64,000 nucleotides of DNA from Candidatus Thorarchaeota archaeon (lineage in GTDB: Archaea > Asgardarchaeota > Thorarchaeia > Thorarchaeales > Thorarchaeaceae). The first letter of the stretch is position 1, and each line of letters opens with the position of its first letter. The stretch lies in assembly GCA_011364905.1 (NCBI GenBank), contig RDNZ01000001.1, positions 130,803 to 194,802 on the forward strand. The letters are read 5' to 3'. Below are positions 58,625-64,000 of this stretch, one piece after another. The notes below the pieces were generated by a model. The model was not told where the DNA came from. It was given only the letters and a program-made list of their open reading frames with translations, and searched no databases. A program made the position numbers and the translations under genes.

Positions 58625-59308
58625 TCATCTGAGGAGGTGTGCAGTTCCACAATGAGCACAGACCACTGCATCTTCAAACTCTCCGGGCAGCGGAAGCGGC
58701 GCTCCACAATTCTGACACTTGAGATCTCTAATCTCTGATCTCTTTTCCTCAGGGATATTCAGTCTGAAGACGCGCTCAGCGACATCTTGAATAGTTTTTC
58801 CAATTCTCTGCGCAGCTTCTCCAACCGAATTCCTCTCAGGATCACTAAGAGATCCAAGGCCAACTGCTTGGAAGAAATTATCAATTGCGCGACCAATCTT
58901 CCCAAAGACAGAGCCAGCTTTCCAAGACATTACATCTGAAACCTGTAGTTCTAGAAGTTCGCTATCTGGGTGCCCCGGAATCTCATAGCCTCGTTTCCAG
59001 TCGACTCGTTCAGAGCGTGTCGTCGACAACGCTTGACCGCATGAAGGGCAGAATAATTGCCATTCTTTACCAAACAGACCTTTCCTTCTTTTCCTCTCTC
59101 CAATATTATACCAGCACCTTTTGTGTGCATATTTATTGCAATTCGGACAGGAGAAGAGAAAGTAGGTATCCGGCTTGATCTTTGAAGTTCCGCCAGTATG
59201 TATTTTCATGTAAGCTAAATCATCAGGCGTGCTGTTTAGTAGGTACTTGCCACATATGAAACAAGTTTTCCCATCCAGTTTGTTTATCTTATCAGGAGTA
59301 ATCCTCAA
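58625..59308 (-). CDS. Zinc-finger protein (C4HC3 PHD/RING-variant-like finger plus C-terminal Zn ribbon)
   Basis: CFIC...CPNCNKYAHKRC...CPSC and CQNC...CAHC. Confidence 0.75.
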   Translation of the reverse strand: MRITPDKINKLDGKTCFICGKYLLNSTPDDLAYMKIHTGGTSKIKPDTYFLFSCPNCNKYAHKRCWYNIGERKRRKGLFGKEWQLFCPSCGQALSTTRSERVDWKRGYEIPGHPDSELLELQVSDVMSWKAGSVFGKIGRAIDNFFQAVGLGSLSDPERNSVGEAAQRIGKTIQDVAERVFRLNIPEEKRSEIRDLKCQNCGAPLPLPGEFEDAVVCAHCGTAHLLR

Positions 59309-59448
59309 TGTCTTGGAACCTCATCTACAGTCTGTCATAAGGCAATATGAACCTTACAGATAGGTTGGTTTTTTATGAAAACAAATCCAACGACATGATA
59401 CTGAATTATATTAAGGCGTTTCAAGAAGACCAGTAGTGGGAATCCACC

Positions 59449-60090
59449 ATGTTCGAATACGTTCAAGAACGGGAGATTGGTAAACGGCTTGAACCAAGAA
59501 CGATAGTCTATGTCATAACGGTAGGAGAGTATCGAGGACTCAACTCACAGAAACTCACCGAACGAGGCGAAAACCAACTCCTTGAAATGGCAAGATCCCG
59601 TGTGGCTACAGGAGTGAGGATACTTTATTCTGCAACAGACAAAGTCTCTGGCAAATCCGCTGAAATTCTAGCAAAGGAGTTCGAATCGAAAGTTCAGAAG
59701 ATGGATTGTCTAGACATGGTGAAATTCGGGGATAAATCGGGCATAACCAAAGAAGAACTAGAAAAAATGTGGCAGAATGAGGAATATCAACCAAAGAATG
59801 GAGAATCATTGGCAGAAGTCCGTGAGCGTTTTGGAACATGTATGGGAAGTATCGTGGCAAACCATCAGGATGATGTTTTTGCGGTTGTTGTTGATCCCTT
59901 TCTTGCAGTGCTCTTTTACACGCACATCGCTGCAGCTCCTCTAGATGTCAATGAGTGGTACTCGGCGGGATATGCTGCTTGTGCAACATATGAGTATTCA
60001 CGTGGTTGGAGTGTTGTCATGCCCTCGGATAATAGTTACCTTAGTGAACCGACAACTGTGGGTGATTCACTCTCAGATGAAATGACCTGA
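59449..60090 (+). CDS. Histidine phosphatase-fold protein lacking the catalytic histidines
   Basis: LTERGENQ, ILYS and P.NGESLAEVRERF are present, but ITVGE replaces RHGE. Confidence 0.7.
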   Translation: MFEYVQEREIGKRLEPRTIVYVITVGEYRGLNSQKLTERGENQLLEMARSRVATGVRILYSATDKVSGKSAEILAKEFESKVQKMDCLDMVKFGDKSGITKEELEKMWQNEEYQPKNGESLAEVRERFGTCMGSIVANHQDDVFAVVVDPFLAVLFYTHIAAAPLDVNEWYSAGYAACATYEYSRGWSVVMPSDNSYLSEPTTVGDSLSDEMT

Positions 60091-60150
60091 TTTGGTTTGA
60101 AAAAAAGAGAGAGAAGAACCGGACCAGAAGCCCGGTCTTCAAGAACTAGA

Positions 60151-63100
60151 TTATCTCCGTCTATAGAGTCCACAGACAATGACAACTAGTGCAACTACTC
60201 CTCCAACAATCAGATAGAGGACTAGCGGATTACCCTCGCCTGGTATGTATGGAGTTGTGGGACCACTACTTTGGTAGGAGCTTGTGTAGGCCACGAAGAC
60301 TGGATCACAAATGATGTCATGTCCGCCCCAGTGCTCATAACCAGAAGTCATGAAGAGCATTGAAGCATCGACTTGCCAATTGGTCACAGAGGATCCAGCC
60401 GCCGACTCGTACATGATGCTGAATGCCCCAATAGGAGCAGTAGATGACCCAGAGGTGTATACCGTCGAGTGACCATCGCCACCATATGTATACGGCAGTC
60501 CGCCCATTGTGACACTAGCATAGGGACGGTCTTCTGAGCCAAAGTCATAGTATGAGGCTTTCAGACTAGCGCTATTCGTGTCTGTCACGGGTCGATCACC
60601 AGCCGTGTATCTGGTCCCGGTAGCAGTCCCTAAGACACCGAAGAAGTTCACGGCCAAACTCCGATTCTCCAGAATACTGTTGTCATAACCATACAGTGTC
60701 CATTCTCCAAAGCGTTGATCCACTTTGAATGAAACTGCGTGGTTCCAAGTATTTGGATCCTCAGCATCATAAGTGACCATGTCGACACCAAACGTGATGT
60801 CAAATGACATCTCATCCACAGTCGCTCTTGTTACTGAGTAATCGAAGGAGGTGCTGTTCAAGCCAATCGAACCCTCATATGACTGTCTGAAGTCCCACGC
60901 TCCTCTAAGTGCGGATGAGTGCTCAACGCGGAGAGGGTAGATTGTCACATTGACATCATAGATTGAAACTCCAAAAGTCACAGAGGTGTCTGGGTCTACA
61001 CGAACGTTTCCTGAGTTATTGGTAGCTGCAAACGGTCTTCTAAACTCATAACTGCCAATCTCGTCAATTAAGACAAGATGAGTAACCTCATCAGTCGTAA
61101 CTTGACCGTTTACGATTGAGAAGTCAGGAGCACTTGGAGTAGGACCAATTCCATCGTTGAAGATCAGTAGCCCTGCATACTCTGCACGGAACCGAGCAAG
61201 TGTAGCTTGGGTTTCAGAGATGCCAACCCAGTAAGTCTGCCTTGTGCCCCAAGCAAACCATGTATTCGACCACTTACCATCTTCAAGACCAGGAACTTTG
61301 CTTACATCAAGAGTCCGATTCTTGGCTGTCCATGCTACGTACTCATATCCAGGTATTGGGATTTCATTGTCCATATCAGCCCATAGGGTCTTCTGAATTT
61401 GGCTCATTTCAGAAGAACCGACAAGAGAACCATCCGTGTGATACCAGTAGAAGGTCTCGTTTGCGTTGAACCACATGTCCATCTGTAGAACTCCCATCCA
61501 GTTCTCTGACACGAATTCGTCTCCATTATTGCCAGGAGTTGGGTCAAATCCAAGTGCGACAAACATTCCACTGACTGTAACGTTTCCCCAATCAGACCAG
61601 TAACCAGTCCGTTTGACATAGTATTGGTCGTTGGTTGTGTAGATGTTCCCATCGAGGTCGATTGCACCATCCTTTGTTACAGTCCAGATTGGTGGTATGT
61701 AGACATTAACATCGCCAAGCCTGAGATTTCTTGGGCTCCAGAGTGTGTCGCCTGACAGGTCAAGTTTTGTTGGCACATCGGTCCAAGAGGCAACAAGCTG
61801 GTCGTACTCAGCAGGAGTAAGCTGACCAGCCGAGACCATCCACCAGGGATAGCTCCATGTAGCATTATTCGGGTCCCAAATCCTCACATTAGTCAGTAAT
61901 CCCACATTCACCTTGGCTTTGTCTATGACCATCGAAGGCGCAGCAGGGTCAAAGCTGAATATGATGCTTAGAGTTGTGAGATCGCGTTGTATGTTTATGT
62001 TATAGCTGGAGACGTGTATATGGTTTGCAGGAATTGGTACGCTCCAGAGAAGGGTACCTCCCTTCTCGTACATAGTTAGCCTGTAAAGAGACCGCTCTAT
62101 TGGTAACCCACTCGTGAAGTTGACACCAATCGTATGAGTGATATCAACCCGCCAATAGTTGGTTTCATTTGAGTCCATGTATGAACCTTGCACTTCTATT
62201 ATGACGTCCTGTAGTTTTTGGGTGGCATTGAACAAAGCTGGCGGCAGAGCAGTCCCTGAGGGAACTTCGTAGACCATTGAACCATTGATTTCGTTCATAT
62301 TTCTATGAACCAACATAGTGAGATTAAGTAACTCACCCTGTTGAGCAACGTCAGCAATTTGGCCTGCGTCGTTAAATACGAATGCTTCAACGAATGCCGA
62401 TCTGAATGCGAGCTTCATTGTTCCTTTGGTCTTTATTTCAGGCCGAGCAGTGATTGGTTTGCTGTTTGTGTCGAGAACAGTGACCAGCGACATTTCAGGC
62501 TGAATTGTTCCTCCGTAGCCAAAGCTTGGGTCCATGTCAGTTTCATTCGTGAAGTAACCACCCCACTGAATGAGGTGACGGTTTGAGGCGCTGGTATAGG
62601 CATGGTTGACTACAAAGTACTTGCTTAGATCTATTGTGGAATTCTCAGTAACAAGGATGTGGGGAAACCACATTCCCGCTCCACCACCAAGGTCAATCCA
62701 TTCCCATGCGACATCAATATAGCCAGCCAGCACATAAGAATCAGTGGCATTGACCTTAAAGAACATCATAGGATAGAGGTCTGTTTCTAGTTGTTTCCAT
62801 GCTACGTCCCTGTTGAACAACACGGATTCACTAACATCCATTCCGACAGGATATGTCAAATTCCTCTTGATGTGATAGGCTGGATCCCACGTTAGTTGAG
62901 CAAATGGAAGGAGGGTTGAACCGATTTCGACATTTGACATCATTCTAACGATGAATGTGTCGTTGACATCCACATAGTGAATGATATGGCCATCTTCGCC
63001 TACAATGTCTGCATAATAGTAATTGGGTAGAGAGAAATCTGTAGGAATCACAGGAGAACCAAATCCTATCGGAGGACTCACGTAAGCGCCAGTTTCAGCC

Positions 63101-63717
63101 GCAACCAACCAACTGGAAGCAACTGGACGGCCTTCTGTGTCGACAACTTGCATCCCAGTCGAGAAAACTCCAGGTGCGATCGGTGATTCGTATGTGATAG
63201 CGAAAACTGCGTGATAGATATTAGCATCCTCAGTGTAGCTAGAGCTCAAGGAGTCGAGGGTGATGAAGTCTGAGGAGCGCGGTTCCTCTGATCCAGGAAT
63301 GTAGCGATAGGCTAAACAATTCCATCGGTCGGCTGTCAGATTATACTCAAGACCGAAGAATGCAGCTCGGTCGGTCCTACCTGTTCCCCAAAACTGAATC
63401 GAATCCAGATCTGTTTTCAAAAATGACTTGGGAACAGAAATGTCAACGAGTAGATCATCGCCAACATTCACTCTGTAACTGTTTTCGGCAATGTCAGTCA
63501 TGTTGTTTGCATACAATATCGTGATGCTTGGTTGAGGTCCGAAAATCCAATTCGATTGTTCCTCAGAGTGTTCAAACTGAGTAACATTGTTTTCTTCCAC
63601 TCTCCATGCCACGCCCATTGCAGGGTCAGCACCATCTTGCGCGACTGCTGGTGCTATTGCTATAGCGAAACTGATGACAAGCATTGCAATTAGCGTAATT
63701 GTGTTTACTTTTCTCAT
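60151..63717 (-). CDS. Large cell-surface (S-layer-like) protein
   Basis: Signal peptide, many N-x-S/T sequons, Ser/Thr/Pro linker, C-terminal TM followed by RRR. Start at MRKVN (GAGGTG upstream). Confidence 0.75.
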   Translation of the reverse strand: MRKVNTITLIAMLVISFAIAIAPAVAQDGADPAMGVAWRVEENNVTQFEHSEEQSNWIFGPQPSITILYANNMTDIAENSYRVNVGDDLLVDISVPKSFLKTDLDSIQFWGTGRTDRAAFFGLEYNLTADRWNCLAYRYIPGSEEPRSSDFITLDSLSSSYTEDANIYHAVFAITYESPIAPGVFSTGMQVVDTEGRPVASSWLVAAETGAYVSPPIGFGSPVIPTDFSLPNYYYADIVGEDGHIIHYVDVNDTFIVRMMSNVEIGSTLLPFAQLTWDPAYHIKRNLTYPVGMDVSESVLFNRDVAWKQLETDLYPMMFFKVNATDSYVLAGYIDVAWEWIDLGGGAGMWFPHILVTENSTIDLSKYFVVNHAYTSASNRHLIQWGGYFTNETDMDPSFGYGGTIQPEMSLVTVLDTNSKPITARPEIKTKGTMKLAFRSAFVEAFVFNDAGQIADVAQQGELLNLTMLVHRNMNEINGSMVYEVPSGTALPPALFNATQKLQDVIIEVQGSYMDSNETNYWRVDITHTIGVNFTSGLPIERSLYRLTMYEKGGTLLWSVPIPANHIHVSSYNINIQRDLTTLSIIFSFDPAAPSMVIDKAKVNVGLLTNVRIWDPNNATWSYPWWMVSAGQLTPAEYDQLVASWTDVPTKLDLSGDTLWSPRNLRLGDVNVYIPPIWTVTKDGAIDLDGNIYTTNDQYYVKRTGYWSDWGNVTVSGMFVALGFDPTPGNNGDEFVSENWMGVLQMDMWFNANETFYWYHTDGSLVGSSEMSQIQKTLWADMDNEIPIPGYEYVAWTAKNRTLDVSKVPGLEDGKWSNTWFAWGTRQTYWVGISETQATLARFRAEYAGLLIFNDGIGPTPSAPDFSIVNGQVTTDEVTHLVLIDEIGSYEFRRPFAATNNSGNVRVDPDTSVTFGVSIYDVNVTIYPLRVEHSSALRGAWDFRQSYEGSIGLNSTSFDYSVTRATVDEMSFDITFGVDMVTYDAEDPNTWNHAVSFKVDQRFGEWTLYGYDNSILENRSLAVNFFGVLGTATGTRYTAGDRPVTDTNSASLKASYYDFGSEDRPYASVTMGGLPYTYGGDGHSTVYTSGSSTAPIGAFSIMYESAAGSSVTNWQVDASMLFMTSGYEHWGGHDIICDPVFVAYTSSYQSSGPTTPYIPGEGNPLVLYLIVGGVVALVVIVCGLYRRR

Positions 63718-64000
63718 ATATTCCACCTCACCAAAAGCCAAGCGTGCCACACATTGCCTTCTCAAGGAATACTGTGCTGGAAGTCAGATGCTGGCTGTTG
63801 ATTTCTTGGTGTATCATCAAAGGTACTTTCCTAGTATCCTCTGATGGAAAAAACCGACAAACTGCAAGTAAATACATACATCTTTGCATATAATGTATTA
63901 TGGATGAATCATCTATAGCTCATCGATGACTATTGTTGACTACTCCACATTAATCCACAACGATGAACAATGATTTCTTCTCGCTCACTATATCCAATTT

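Noticed and set aside
58521-58652. Longer start for the gelsolin-like ORF
   Set aside because: It overlaps the upstream gene and spans a likely promoter (TTAATATA); ATG 58520 has an SD.
63950-64000. Possible 3' end of a minus-strand gene at the window edge
   Set aside because: Only about 16 codons are visible, too little to support a call.

Overview
Gene-dense archaeal chromosomal segment. It is most likely from an Asgard archaeon (Thorarchaeota-like), inferred from gene content, TATA/SD signals and a eukaryote-type SECIS. Two heterodisulfide reductase loci dominate. Locus 1 (1-7075, minus strand, running off the window edge) is hdrC-hdrB-hdrC-hdrB-hdrA(+GltD-like insert)-mvhD-hdrA. Locus 2 (33912-44217, minus strand) is hdrA(+insert)-hdrC-hdrB-hdrA-hdrA-mvhD-wHTH-mvhG-mvhA-vhuU. 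The mvhA product lacks its C-terminal Ni-ligand motif. A 50-codon selenoprotein gene missing from the ORF track (vhuU, YDCULSCGAH) supplies that motif, and its own UGA stop forms the 5' core of a eukaryote-like SECIS. A decayed copy of that SECIS/terminator lies 1.4 kb away, so the two copies bracket a divergent subtilase gene. The right end holds candidate eukaryote-signature proteins: three membrane-anchored adaptin-appendage-like paralogs with Zn ribbons, a single-domain gelsolin-like protein and a PHD-like finger. The window also encodes PEPCK, AOR, AbfD, an acyl-CoA ligase, GNATs, a TPR-nitrilase fusion, a gingipain-like C25 protease, a TetR/MFS unit with three operators, several unannotated small ORFs and a large surface protein. 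I saw no rRNA, tRNA, CRISPR array or transposase. All calls come from manual motif reading; no searches were run.
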